A stretch of 46,012 nucleotides of DNA from Octopus bimaculoides (GCF_001194135.2 NC_068986.1:78503031-78549042), one strand, 5' to 3'. Shown: positions 12,390-24,684, counted from the stretch's first letter. Program-made: numbers and translations. The notes: a model not told the origin generated them from the letters alone.

Positions 12390-12964
12390 GTATTTGTGTA
12401 TGTATGTATGTATGTATGCATGTATGTATGTATGTATGTATGTATGTATGTATGTATGTATGTATGTATAAAGTTGCATTTCATTTGTGCAGTAGATTCT
12501 TCTCTCAATTTTCCTTTCCCTGATTGCAGACTGGCAGAGGAATGGACTTCGTTAGATTTAAATACCCAAGACACGTTGCACGCCACGACGGCGTCTTTCT
12601 TTTTCCAAGAAGGAATGTGTGTATGTTTGTGTTTGTGTGTATGTGTGTATATACGTACAGACATACATGGGCTTATACACACTGACCAGTACTTGTGTAC
12701 GTTTGTATGCTTACGTGTATGTACGTACGAATGTGTGTATGCTTATGAATATGGTGAGGGTGCACATGCCTCTATAAGTGTATGTATATGAATGTATATA
12801 ACATTTTAATGAGTTTTAAATGAGTCGCAATTCTACAAATATTCGTCTATCATCGTATTTTCTTATCAAATGTAAAGTCCAAACCCGTATTCACACAGGT
12901 ATATATATGGCTGTATATATACTTATGCATGGGTGTGTATACACACATATACATGCATTTGTAA

Positions 12965-13890
12965 ATCCTTTACCGGTTTCAATCAACGGACTGTGGTCAG
13001 GCAGGGTCACAGTCAGGGCCGGATTAAGACCCATTGAGGCCCTAAGCACTTAAAAGAATTTTAGTGCCACCATATCTATGTAATTTAAAATTTAAACAAT
13101 AATTAATAAGCCATAAAATAACTCTTTTTTTGTTTTCTGTTTTTCAAAATGAAACAAAACCCAAGAGTAAGATGGGAGGAAATGTTTATTTTATCTTTTT
13201 ATGCTTTCACTTTATATTTCAAAAGTTTTCTCCTACTTTTTTTTAATTGTAAAGTCTTCAATCAAATCCTCACTATGACACCATGAACACTTTGAAATTA
13301 TATTTCCAATCACATACACCACCTCAAATATTATTTTAGCAAGTTTAAAGTGATTTCTTTTGTACCGTAAACGATTTACCATTTCTGTGCCCCCCCCCCC
13401 CNNNNNNNNNNNNNNNNNNNNNNNNNNNNNNNNNNNNNNNNNNNNNNNNNNNNNNNNNNNNNNNNNNNNNNNNNNNNNNNNNNNNNNNNNNNNNNNNNAG
13501 CACGTGCTTATTTTGCTTAATGGTCAATCCAGCGCTGGTCACAGCCTTGAATGATTTAGTCGGAGAAATCGACCTCAGTACATGGTTTTAAGTCTGGTAC
13601 TAATGCAATTGGTATCTTTTGTCGAATCTCTAAGCCACGGGGACGTAAACAGAACTAACACCGGTTGTCAGTGGTGCTGTGTGTGGGGGTGGCAAACACA
13701 AAGACGCATACACATATACACATACAGATACGATGGGATTCAACACAGTTTCTGCTTGTCACATTCACTCAGAGTTCATTGGTCAACCTGAGGATTTAGT
13801 AGAGGAAACTTGTCTAAGGTGCCGCGCTGTGAGACCAAATCTGAAACTATGTGACTTACAAAGCGAGCTTCTTAACTACTTCATGCCTGC
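12965..13890 (-). mobile_element. Degenerate family B SINE interrupted by the hAT MITE
   Basis: Tail part 12965-13013 joins 13538-13890 once the MITE and one TSD copy are removed. Confidence 0.7.
13014..13537. mobile_element. hAT-type MITE with 8-bp TSD, inserted inside a SINE
   Basis: Ends are CAGGGCCGGATTAA and TCAATCCAGCGCTG (11/14 inverted match). Flanks are GTCACAGT (13006-13013) and GTCACAGC (13538-13545). Contains a 97-N gap. Confidence 0.8.
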
Positions 13891-14513
13891 ATAAGGTATG
13901 TTTACAGGAAGATTTGGTTGTTATTTCTACCAGTCATGCCTGCTCCTATATAAACATTCTCTTTTCCTTGGGTCTCCACACCTTGCTGCAATCGCCAGGA
14001 CGCCGATATGACATATAATATCTGTTGGACATCTTATGTCTAGAGGTCAGCGCATAGCTGATTCCTTTCAGAGTTGAAGGCAACGAGAGAAACGGGAAAT
14101 GAGGTTCGACGAACCCTCGTCTGAACTACTGAAATTATACTGTATTTAAGGCCTTTTAAAGAATGAAATGAGAGACTGTTATGTCTCAAGCTATTGCTAT
14201 CTAGCACATTCGGATGATCTCTATTCAACCGCTACTCGTCTGCTACTCAACAGCTATTCGACTGTCAGTCGACTCTGGCAGTCCACGGTCAGTCAACTCC
14301 TACCACGGTCAGACTACCTCTATTTATATGTCTTGGTCGAGTCTACTTCTTCGCTTGGGGGCGTCGACACAACAGAGACAAAGTTAACTTTAGCGACATC
14401 TGGATTCAGCGCACAAAGAAACGAATTTAGAAAACTCAGCAGAGATATGGCAATGCCAAATACACTATCTTTAAGATAGCGTGATCTCATGGCATGTGAG
14501 TATGTGTATGTAT

Positions 14514-14584
<71 letters not shown>

Positions 14585-15161
14585 ATACATACATACATTC
14601 ATGTATAATACTATACACGCACACATACATACACGTATTATTAACATATACATGAAGCTTCTACGAGCGTACGTATGTGTGAGTGCGTGTATGCATATGT
14701 GTGTGTGTGTGTGTATGTGTGCGTGCGTGTGTGTGTGTGTGGTTGCATGAAAGCAATGTAAAGCAATTCAGCTAAACTCCCTATCGTTAAAGCTTTACAA
14801 GTTTTTGCCAAAAAACCCATCTAAAAAAATCCAGCTAAATGGATATATAGTATTATTGAAGCTGTAGTAAGACTATCATATCTGACAGGTTGAAACTGTT
14901 AAAATCTCTGCCTATGTGTGTAATGCAATGCTAATGTAACGTAAAGCATGCATGTACGTATGAATATGTATGTATGTATGTAAGGATTGATGGATAGATG
15001 CATAAATGTATGTATGGTTCGATGTTATGCGTTGGAAACTCTATGTTGCTGAACTTGATAAAGCTAACAAGTAAAGAAAGCAAACAAACAAAAATAAGAC
15101 CATTCACAGAATCCTCTCAATGAAATAGTTTTTTGTGTGTTGTGTATGTGTGTGAGTATGT

Positions 15162-15227
<66 letters not shown>

Positions 15228-15364
15228 AGGTGTGGAGGTGTATGCGATTCTTCGAATAATACACGTCATTATATATGGAGTCTTGACTGTTTATGTTAGG
15301 AACAAGTACGCACCTACATACACTTGTTAGAAATGCATGAATGAATATTGTATGTGTATATACA

Positions 15365-15398
<34 letters not shown>

Positions 15399-16967
15399 CA
15401 TATATNNNNNNNNNNNNNNNNNNNNNNNNNNNNNNNNNNNNNNNNNNNNNNNNNNNNNNNNNNNNNNNNNNNNNNNNNNNNNNNNNNNNNNNNNNNNNNN
15501 NNNNNNNNNNNNNNNNNNNNNNNNNNNNNNNNNNNNNNNNNNNNNNNNNNNNNNNNNNNNNNNNNNNNNNNNNNNNNNNNNNNNNNNNNNNNNNNNNNNN
15601 NNNNNNNNNNNNNNNNNNNNNNNNNNNNNNNNNNNNNNNNNNNNNNNNNNNNNNNNNNNNNNNNNNNNNNNNNNNNNNNNNNNNNNNNNNNNNNTATATA
15701 TATATGCATACACATATAATAGAAAGGCTCACGTATATATAGATATATAACCAAGATTTTAAAAGTCATTAGTAAAATGGATATGCGTGAGTTTATATGC
15801 ATGTATGTGTGTGTATGGGCGTATATCCATATGTACATGCATACATACATCATGTAAATATGGATATGTGTACATGTGTGAATGTATTTGAGTGTAGGTG
15901 TGTATATATACATACATGCATATATATATATATATTTATATATATATATATATATACATATGTTGGTATATTTAACCAGGCTCTTAAACGTCATTAGTAA
16001 AATGATATTGCGTGAAGTTGGCGCTCAGCCACATCTACATGTATAAGCCAAATGCACCACCCTTCCCTCTTTGTGAATTTGTGTACGTATGTATACATGT
16101 GAGTGGGAGCGCACACGTGTTTCTATGTATGCATGTGTATGCCAAGGGAATGAGTGAGTTATCTCATGGAAATAGTCGCATAGGAACGGGGAAGTAACTA
16201 ACTGATAAAAAATTAATCACTTTACCTCATGGTTTGCATTTCCTACTTCAGAAAAAATAAAAATAAAATTGAAAAAGAAACAAAGAAGAAAAACAGAAAT
16301 TTGCGGTGAATGATACAGAAATGATGAATGACGATGATGAATGAATAAGGATGATCATAAAAGATGTTGATAATAATGATGATGATGATAATGATGACGA
16401 TGGTCATATTAATTTCTATCACAAGCAGAAGACTACAATATTATTATTATTATCATCATCATCATCATCATTATTATTATTATTATCATTATTATATTTT
16501 ACTTTAGTATAGAAGGGAACTGTTGCTTGGATCGCACCCTGCTCTTGGCTGCTCCTTATTTTTAACGATCGGAGAGAAAAAAGAAAGAGTTATTCAAGCA
16601 CTGGCTTTAAATCAAACTGACATTTGCTCCACCACCTAAACTTCTCCTACTCTACCTACAGAACTGAGAGTCTTAATATATGTTCAAAACGCATACATAC
16701 ATGCGCGCGCGTATACAATAGTATGTACGTATATCTATCTAATTATCTATCAATTGGTATCGGTCTTGCTTTCAAACAATTGATATCAGAATCAAAATGA
16801 TTTGTGGAATTTCGTCAGTCTTTACGCTGTGGATTTAAATTCCACCGAGGTCGACTTTGTTTGAATCTTTTCGGCGTTGATGAAATAAGTGCCAGTCGAA
16901 CATTGGGATCGATATAATCGACTCGCCAATTTCTAGCCTCGTCCTTATATTACAAGCAATTATTATC

Positions 16968-17723
16968 CTTTTCTACTCTAGGCACGAAACCCAAAATTTT
17001 GGGGGAGGGGCAGTCGATTAGATCGACGCCAGTGCGCAACTGGTACTTAATTTATCGACCCCGGAAGGATGAAAGGCAAAGTCAACTTCGGCGGAATTTG
17101 AACTCAGAACGTAAANNNNNNNNNNNNNNNNNNNNNNNNNNNNNNNNNNNNNNNNNNNNNNNNNNNNNNNNNNNNNNNNNNNNNNNNNNNNNNNNNNNNN
17201 NNNNNNNNNNNNNNNNNNNNNNNNNNNNNNNNNNNNNNNNNNNNNNNNNNNNNNNNNNNNNNNNNNNNNNNNNNNNNNNNNNNNNNNNNNNNNNNNNNNN
17301 NNNNNNNNNNNNNNNNNNNNNNNNNNNNNNNNNNNNNNNNNNNNNNNNNNNNNNNNNNNNNNNNNNNNNNNNNNNNNNNNNNNNNNNNNNNNNNNNNNNN
17401 NNNNNNNNNNNNNNNNNNNNNNNNNNNNNNNNNNNNNNNNNNNNNNNNNNNNNNNNNNNNNNNNNNNNNNNNNNNNNNNNNNNNNNNNNNNNNNNNNNNN
17501 NNNNNNNNNNNNNNNNNNNNNNNNNNNNNNNNNNNNNNNNNNNNNNNNNNNNNNNNNNNNNNNNNNNNNNNNNNNNNNNNNNNNNNNNNNNNNNNNNNNN
17601 NNNNNNNNNNNNNNNNNNNNNNNNNNNNNNNNNNNNNNNNNNNNNNNNNNNNNNNNNNNNNNNNNNNGAAATAACGCTAAGCATTTCGCCCGGCGCGCTA
17701 ACGTTTCTGCCAGCTCGCCGCCT
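16968..17723 (-). mobile_element. Single family A SINE spanning a 552-N gap, with 18-bp TSD
   Basis: TSD TTACAAGCAATTATTATC (16950-16967) / TTACAAGCGATTATTATC (17724-17741); both halves are colinear with other copies. Confidence 0.88.
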
Positions 17724-17854
17724 TTACAAGCGATTATTATCGCATGGTTCCGAGTTCAAATCTTCCTAAAACCAACTTTGGCGTGGCACAAATAAAATAA
17801 CATTCAAATGCTCTAACCTTCAGGCTTTGTGCTTATGTCTGAACGACTTTTTCC

Positions 17855-18215
17855 TAATTTTTGCACAAAGCCAGCAATTTTTAGGGGTGGGGTTTAGTTG
17901 ATTACCAAGACTTCAGTACTTGACTGGTACTTATTTTATCGACCCTGAAAGGATGAAAGGCGAAAACGATCTTGGTGCAATTTGTCCTCAGAGTATAAAG
18001 AGTCGAAATAAATGCTGCTAGGCATTTTGTCCGACTCGCTGCCTTGTTTATGTTAGAGATAATCGCTTCTACTACAAGCACAAGGCTGGAAATGGGGAGG
18101 GGGATGATCAGTTACATCGACCCCCATACTTAACTAGTACTTATTTTATCGGACTCCGATAGAATGAAGTACAAAGTCGGCCACGGCTTAATTTGAACTC
18201 AGAACGTGAAGTCGA
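17855..18215 (-). mobile_element. Two tandem degenerate family A SINE copies
   Basis: Two GTACTTATTTTATCG(G)AC...GGATGAAAGG/GAATGAAG blocks at about 17927 and 18137. Confidence 0.7.
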
Positions 18216-18669
18216 TAGATGCAGAATAATTCAAAGTCCCGTTATCTTTTCCAACTAGGGATCTTTAAATCTTAAACACTTAGAACTTTGAGATAGTTTC
18301 TCCTTTGAAAATTTGTAAAGCTTTAGTTCCGTTTCACCATTTTGCTGATGGCTGGTAAACTGGCAGGACCGTTAGAGCCTGCTGTAGTTACGTTCTTTAC
18401 GTTTTGAGTTCAAATGCTTTCGAGGACCTTTCATTTTACTGGATGTGACAAAAATATGTCTCCATCAAGTACTGAATTTAGTTGACTGATACCGATGGCT
18501 CAAAGGCTTCTCCCAGCAAGAGACGACGACTGAGAATTCCAAATGAATCGTGGTGCTGTTTGTGCTTTTTAAGTTGGGTTTGAGCGTAAACCTTCACAGC
18601 CCAGCAGACATCAACGATTCCAGGTATTATCAACTTTGAAAGATATTGCGTCTGTCGTAAGAAGAAGGT

Positions 18670-19400
18670 GACAGAAGAGGATTATTACAAACATGGTATT
18701 CTGAAATATTCGTCTCGATTAAATCGCTGAACCGAACTTTCATATCACTTGTACTAATACTTAAAATGCTCAGCAAATGAAAATATTATCAACTTTCAAT
18801 TCAGATTCTGTGAACACAGTCAGAAACTGCACCAACTCTCGACATCCTATAATTATTTCTGAATAGCTTGAGTTTTTCAATGAAAGCATTAATAGTCTCT
18901 TTGCAAGTTATTAGATTATCATTTTCTCCTTATAACTGTTTGATCAGAAAATTAAGCTTCTGAAATATGTCTGGGAGATAAAATATATTACATCTGGCAG
19001 CAATCAGCTGTTCATAAAGTTACTTATTATTTAGAAATGGAACAATATTGTCCAAAAGTTCCACAAAGCAACAAAGACAATTATCTTTTGATAATCATCA
19101 CACTGCTGTATGCATCAATTGACTTTCAAAGTTTCTGTCAATTTTGTCGCAAATTTCCTGAAAAAGAACTTGAAGTGCATTCAATTTGATAAAGTTGACT
19201 GCTATCGCCACGATGACAAGGGCATCTTGTAGTAACCCACTCATTTGTTTTGCAACCAAATGTTAACGATTGATCAAGCTGAGAAGGCCAAGAACCTCAG
19301 TCACATTATTGCTTGACTAAGCAGTTATCTCATGTGTTTTAATAAGCAGTTATGATAGACGCAGCAGCAGTAAGAAAAGTCATGTTTCCGATGAGACATT
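18670..19400 (-). pseudogene. Decayed hAT-superfamily (Charlie/SCAND3-ZBED5-like) transposase fragment
   Basis: One frame from 19274 to 18852 reads LINR*HLVAKQMSGLLQDALVIVAIAVNFIKLNALQVLFQEICDKIDRNFESQLMHTAV**LSKDNCLCCFVELLDNIVPFL..YLPDIFQKLNFLIKQL*GENDNLITCKETINAFIEKLKLF. This matches the hAT motifs CxIHRxHL, LLHTEVRWLSKG and YLxDIFxKLN/LQG. After frameshifts it continues DMKVRFSDLI. Confidence 0.82.
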
Positions 19401-20095
19401 ATTTTTATTGAATTAAATGGGAATGACTGGAAAAAATAATTCACGTTTAGTGTCTGTCATAAACCTTCACGTTCATCCGGTAAAAGGGCATAACATTTCT
19501 TTAAAAAAGGACACACCGATTTCCTATACATCTATTTTTCAGAGGTACTTGTCCCTGATAATCATAGTACAAAAAGTGTTAACATTTTCTTATATTTAAG
19601 TGTGAATGCGTGTGCGTATGTATGTATGTATGTATGTATGTATGTATGTGTGTGTGTGTGTGTGACCGTGTATGTATGCATATGTGTGTGTGTGTGTAAC
19701 TATTTTTTTCTTTTATCGTAACTTGTTTTTATAGCTAAGTCAGAGAAGAAACAGTAGCAACTACAGCACCTTCGAGGACATCCGAGACTGGCGAAAGGAA
19801 TGAATAAAGTTATCAGTCGTCATCATCATCATCACCATCGTCATTATCTTTTCAAAGAACAACCAAGTTATATTAAAACTAATGACATAATTTACTCTAC
19901 ACTGACATAAACGATGCGGTGGGTGGCAAAATCAGTAGAACGTTAGATAAAATGACTTGTGGTATTTAGGAACGTACTTTAAAAGGTCTGCGTTCAAATC
20001 CAAAGAGAGGTTGCCGTTTGGCTTTCTTTGATTCGAGATCGATAAAATAAGTGTCCGCCGTGAGTCATTTTACTCAAGTATACATATCTCTTTGT

Positions 20096-20424
20096 GGAGG
20101 CGCAATGGCCCAGTGGTTAGGGCAGCGGACTTGCGGTCATAGGATCGCGGTTTCGATTCCCAGACCGGGCGTTGTGAGTGTTTATTGAGCGAAAACACCT
20201 AAAGCTCCACGAGGCTCCAGCAGGGATGGTTGCGAACCCTGCTGTACTCTTTCACCACAACTTTCTCTCACTCTTACTTTCTGTTTCTGTTGTGCCTGTA
20301 ATTCAAAGGGGTCAGCCTTGTCACACTGTGTCACGCTGAATATCCCCGAGAACTACGTTAAGGGAACACGTGTCTGTGGAGTGCTCAGCCGCTTGCACGT
20401 TAATTTCACGAGCAGGCTGTTCCG
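20096..20424 (+). mobile_element. tRNA-derived SINE family C, well preserved, truncated by gap
   Basis: TGGCCCAGTGG A-box (20106), GGTTTCGATTCCC B-box, 3' module CTTGTCACACTGTGTCACGCTG..GTTAATTTCACGAGCAGGCTGTTCCG. Confidence 0.85.
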
Positions 20425-21111
20425 NNNNNNNNNNNNNNNNNNNNNNNNNNNNNNNNNNNNNNNNNNNNNNNNNNNNNNNNNNNNNNNNNNNNNNNNNNNN
20501 NNNNNNNNNNNNNNNNNNNNNNNNNNNNNNNNNNNNNNNNNNNNNNNNNNNNNNNNNNNNNNNNNNNNNNNNNNNNNNNNNNNNNNNNNNNNNNNNNNNN
20601 NNNNNNNNNNNNNNNNNNNNNNNNNNNNNNNNNNNNNNNNNNNNNNNNNNNNNNNNNNNNNNNNNNNNNNNNNNNNNNNNNNNNNNNNNNNNNNNNNNNN
20701 NNNNNNNNNNNNNNNNNNNNNNNNNNNNNNNNNNNNNNNNNNNNNNNNNNNNNNNNNNNNNNNNNNNNNNNNNNNNNNNNNNNNNNNNNNNNNNNNNNNN
20801 NNNNNNNNNNNNNNNNNNNNNNNNNNNNNNNNNNNNNNNNNNNNNNNNNNNNNNNNNNNNNNNNNNNNNNNNNNNNNNNNNNNNNNNNNNNNNNNNNNNN
20901 NNNNNNNNNNNNNNNNNNNNNNNNNNNNNNNNNNNNNNNNNNNNNNNNNNNNNNNNNNNNNNNNNNNNNNNNNNNNNNNNNNNNNNNNNNNNNNNNNNNN
21001 NNNNNNNNNNNNNNNNNNNNNNNNNNNNNNNNNNNNNNNNNNNNNNNNNNNNNNNNNNACGAACATTCGGCGAAAAAGCTGAGTAACTCATACATGATCT
21101 TTGATGGGAGA

Positions 21112-21114
<3 letters not shown>

Positions 21115-21149
<35 letters not shown>

Positions 21150-21170
21150 CCATCACCATCACCATCACCG

Positions 21171-21256
<86 letters not shown>
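21115..21256. repeat. (CAT/CAC)n followed by (TAT)n compound microsatellite
   Basis: Direct inspection. Confidence 0.95.
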
Positions 21257-21257
<1 letters not shown>

Positions 21258-21263
21258 TTCTTC

Positions 21264-21478
21264 AGGCGGCGAGCTGGCAGAATTGTTAGCACAGTGGACG
21301 AAATGCTTAGAGGTATTCCGTCCATCGCTACATTCTGTGTTCAAACTCCGCAGAGATCGACTTTACTTTTCATCCTTTCGGGGTCGATAAAATTAAGTAC
21401 CAGTGAAACAACAGGTTCGATGCAATCGACTAGTCCCGTCCCCACAAATTTGAGGCTTTGTGCCTCTAGTAGAAAAAG
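21264..21478 (+). mobile_element. Family A SINE inserted after an (ATC)n(ATT)n tract
   Basis: AGGCGGCGAGCTGGCAGAATTGTTAGC head and full core. Confidence 0.85.
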
Positions 21479-21500
21479 TTTATTGTTATTATTATTATTA

Positions 21501-21696
21501 TTTCTTTATTTCTTTATTGTCCACACAGTGCTAAACATAGAGTGGACAAACAAAGACATACAAAGGGATTAAATCGATTACATCGATCCCAGTGCATAAC
21601 TGGTACTTATTCAATCGACCCCGAAAGGATGAAAGGCAAAGTCGACCGCGGCGGAATTTGAGCTCAGCGTGCTAACGATTCTAGCAGCTCGCCGCC
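21501..21696 (-). mobile_element. Family A SINE (alternative AATAAAGAAA tail) with internal deletion of about 45 nt
   Basis: GAGCTCAG is joined directly to CGTGCTAACG, whereas other copies have an intervening segment. Confidence 0.85.
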
Positions 21697-21766
21697 CTAA
21701 TGATTATTAGTGTTGCAACAAAATATGGCAAATGCTGTACAAAAAGAACAATTCAGGTAACTAATA

Positions 21767-21978
21767 GTTTCAAATTTTGGCGCAGGGTTAACAGTTTTTG
21801 AAGGAAAGGGGAAGCTGATTACATCTACCCCAGTACTCAGCTGGTACTAATTTCATCGACACCGAATGGATGAAAGGTAAGGACGACCTCAGTGGAATTT
21901 GAGTTCAGAACGTAAAGACGACGAAATGTGGCTACGCATTTTGTTCGGCGTGATAACAGTTATGCCATCTCGCCACCT
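21767..21978 (-). mobile_element. Family A SINE
   Basis: Full-length reverse copy. Confidence 0.8.
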
Positions 21979-22499
21979 TTATCCAGGCAAATGATAGCCG
22001 TTGACGTTCTTCAGAAGGACATTGAATGCAACGACTTTTGTTACACCCCTGGAGAAAGATAGAGAAAAATATGACTAATATTTCAATATTCGTTTATACA
22101 TTTTGTACAGTATTGTATTCTATGTGAATAATTCTCCGTCGTATTCGACGACGACTGTTCCAACTGTTCGATGTACAGAACAACTACTTATTAAATTAAA
22201 CATGTAAGTGGCTGAATATTCTACAGATGCAGATACTCTTAGTGGAATTCTCGGAAAGACTGTGTGGCATGTGATAAGACTGGTTCATTAAAATATAGCT
22301 ATAGTCCATTCTCATACGACGAGCTTTCAAATATATCCTGTTTCCTAAGATGTTCACTCGCAAGATTTGGGTAGACTTAAGAATATGCTAGAAGATGCTT
22401 GCCCAAAATGTTATACAGTGAGATAGAACTCGTAGTGTCTTGATTGCGAAACTAACTTGTTAACCATTCGACCACTCTTACACCCATTGTAAGTATAAA

Positions 22500-22693
22500 C
22501 CTTCCTAGTATAGGTACAAAGCCTGAAAAATTTAGGTAAGACGGTTAGTCGACTACATTGACCATGGTGCTCAACTGGTACTTATTTTATCGACTCTGAA
22601 AGAATAAAAATCAAAGATAACCTTGGCAGAATTTGAACTCAGAACGTAAAGACGGACGAAAAGTCGCGAAGGATTCTGCCAGCCCGCCGCCTT
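22500..22693 (-). mobile_element. Family A SINE
   Basis: Reverse copy with AATTTGAACTCAGAACGTAAAGACGGACGAAA. Confidence 0.8.
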
Positions 22694-23835
22694 CTATCAT
22701 ATGTATGATCGTATATAATAGTGAATAAATTACACTTTTAAATATCATAAAAACAAAGGAACTAGTACTTGTTTGTGTCAGCAATAATTATATGGACTTA
22801 GTCTGTATAACTGTGGTAAGCCAAGTATTAATTATATGAATTTCAGATTAAAATCTCAAAGTTCCGTTAATACTTAATCAGCCATATTGCCTGTAACCCA
22901 ATTTAAATGTAATACTGGTGCAAGCATTTTGTTTTTTGTTGACAATAGCAAAAAATAACTTGGAATAATTGAATTTATTAAGCAAAGCTGTTACATCAAA
23001 GATGTGTAACGGACACTCTTGCGACGATCGTATCATCATGTCCTTTGTTTACAGTTAACAAAGCGCCACCAAGTGTTTACAGTTATCGATCAGGCCACCA
23101 ATTTAATCGCAGTTGGTCCTTAAAACAATTTAAACTCAAAAATGGCTGACATGCTGAAGGATTTAAATGTGAGGCAAAATCAGTTATGCAATCATCGCGC
23201 TACAACTTTGATCTCACTACGTATCCGTTACTTGATGCTCTTACCATGTCTGTGGAGAGAGAGTGATCACCATTGAGAATCGAAAAGAAAAATAAGACTT
23301 TTACAGAGACCGGATCGTGGTGGAAAGATACTAATGATTGCGCGAGAGTGCAACATTGTATCGACTGAAAGACAAAACTCAGTCAATATATTTTACCATT
23401 TTCTCTTTTTACGTAAATTCTGATCGGTATGGCTTCACTTTCTTTACGATCATCTCGAATAAAATGCTCTCCGCCTGTCTTGTTTGGGTTATCGATGTCT
23501 AACTGTATACTGAATTTCATTAATCTAAATAAGTTTATATGTTTCGGTATCTTCGTCTGAGAAATTATATTTCTTTTTCCTATAAGCGAAGGCAGAACCC
23601 CGTACAAGAACATCAAATTCCTCGTTTTCCTCCTTCAGGTAACGACCCAAGAACAATCATTCAGAACTTCTACAGAATTTCTGCTAACCAAATTTCATTC
23701 GCAAGACTCAAGACTATGATAAAAACGAGCTTTTGAAAGTGAATTTGAAACCTGATTCACGTAGGTGAGAAAACAAACTTCTTAACTAACCGCATCGCAT
23801 GGCTAATGCTGCACAACCAAATACGGACATCTTCC

Positions 23836-24195
23836 TTAATACCTCCGACTTAGCGAAGGCAAGGCTATTGTTTTCAGTCGTGTTTGTTTGTCCGTGGACA
23901 AGATGTCTCAAGAACCGCTGAATGGATTTGGATGAAACCTTGAGGATGTTTAACCTCGTGACTGACACGAACTGATTAGATTTGGGGATCGATTCGGTAC
24001 CGGACAAGGATTTTGGATTATTTTTCCTGTTTTTCTACTTAATCTTTGAGAGTGGCCGGGTCATTTTTAGTATTCTCGTTTGTGAAAGCAGTCGAGTTTA
24101 GTTCAGATATTCTCATTTTAAAATCATCTTCGGCTAATCGTTGAGAAGACGATGGTGTTGTCTTGGCGGAGGTTTGCGCTCTCTGATTGCTCTTG
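23836..24195 (+). mobile_element. Non-autonomous Helentron (HINE / DINE-1-like)
   Basis: 5' subTIR ACCTCCGACTTA (23841) and 3' subTIR TTGGCGGAGGT (24163-24173), followed by a short imperfect hairpin GCGCTCTCTGATTGC. It has a GTTT/GTCC-like short repeat near the 5' end and T-rich flanks. Confidence 0.65.
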
Positions 24196-24201
24196 TTGTT
24201 G

Positions 24202-24238
<37 letters not shown>

Positions 24239-24612
24239 GGATAGTCTGCTCTCATTTTTCCGGTGTTCTCTGTCATCAGCGACAAATTACGGGAATTAAC
24301 TGTTACTGTGGAATTAATTATACTTCAAAGAAGACTGACGCAATCGACACAGTCACCATCATTATCGTAACCATGGCTATAACGTCGACAGCGACCACCA
24401 CCACCACCACCACCACCACCCTAACATACATACGNNNNNNNNNNNNNNNNNNNNNNNNNNNNNNNNNNNNNNNNNNNNNNNNNNNNNNNNNNNNNNNNNN
24501 NNNNNNNNNNNNNNNNNNNNNNNNNNNNNNNNNNNNNNNNNNNNNNNNNNNNNNNNNNNNNNNNNNNNNNNNNNNNNNNNNNNNNNNNNNNNNNNNNNNN
24601 NNNNNNNNNNNN

Positions 24613-24647
<35 letters not shown>

Positions 24648-24684
24648 TCACACATACATATATGTTATACTTTTGATTGTTGTT

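Noticed and set aside
13785-13825. CTGAGGA...GAAACTTGTC hammerhead-like string
   Set aside because: Lies in a mutated family B SINE and has no stem I.
14040-14480. Unique-looking segment with short internal repeats and ORFs of 92-103 aa
   Set aside because: No recognisable domain, TIR, LTR termini or TSD; unresolved.
20096-20170. tRNA-like sequence with A and B boxes (also other SINE heads)
   Set aside because: No complete cloverleaf; continues directly into a SINE body.
24245-24285. Minus-strand CTGATGA-CAGAGAACACCG-GAAA
   Set aside because: No NUH triplet and a mismatched stem II; at most a heavily decayed relic.
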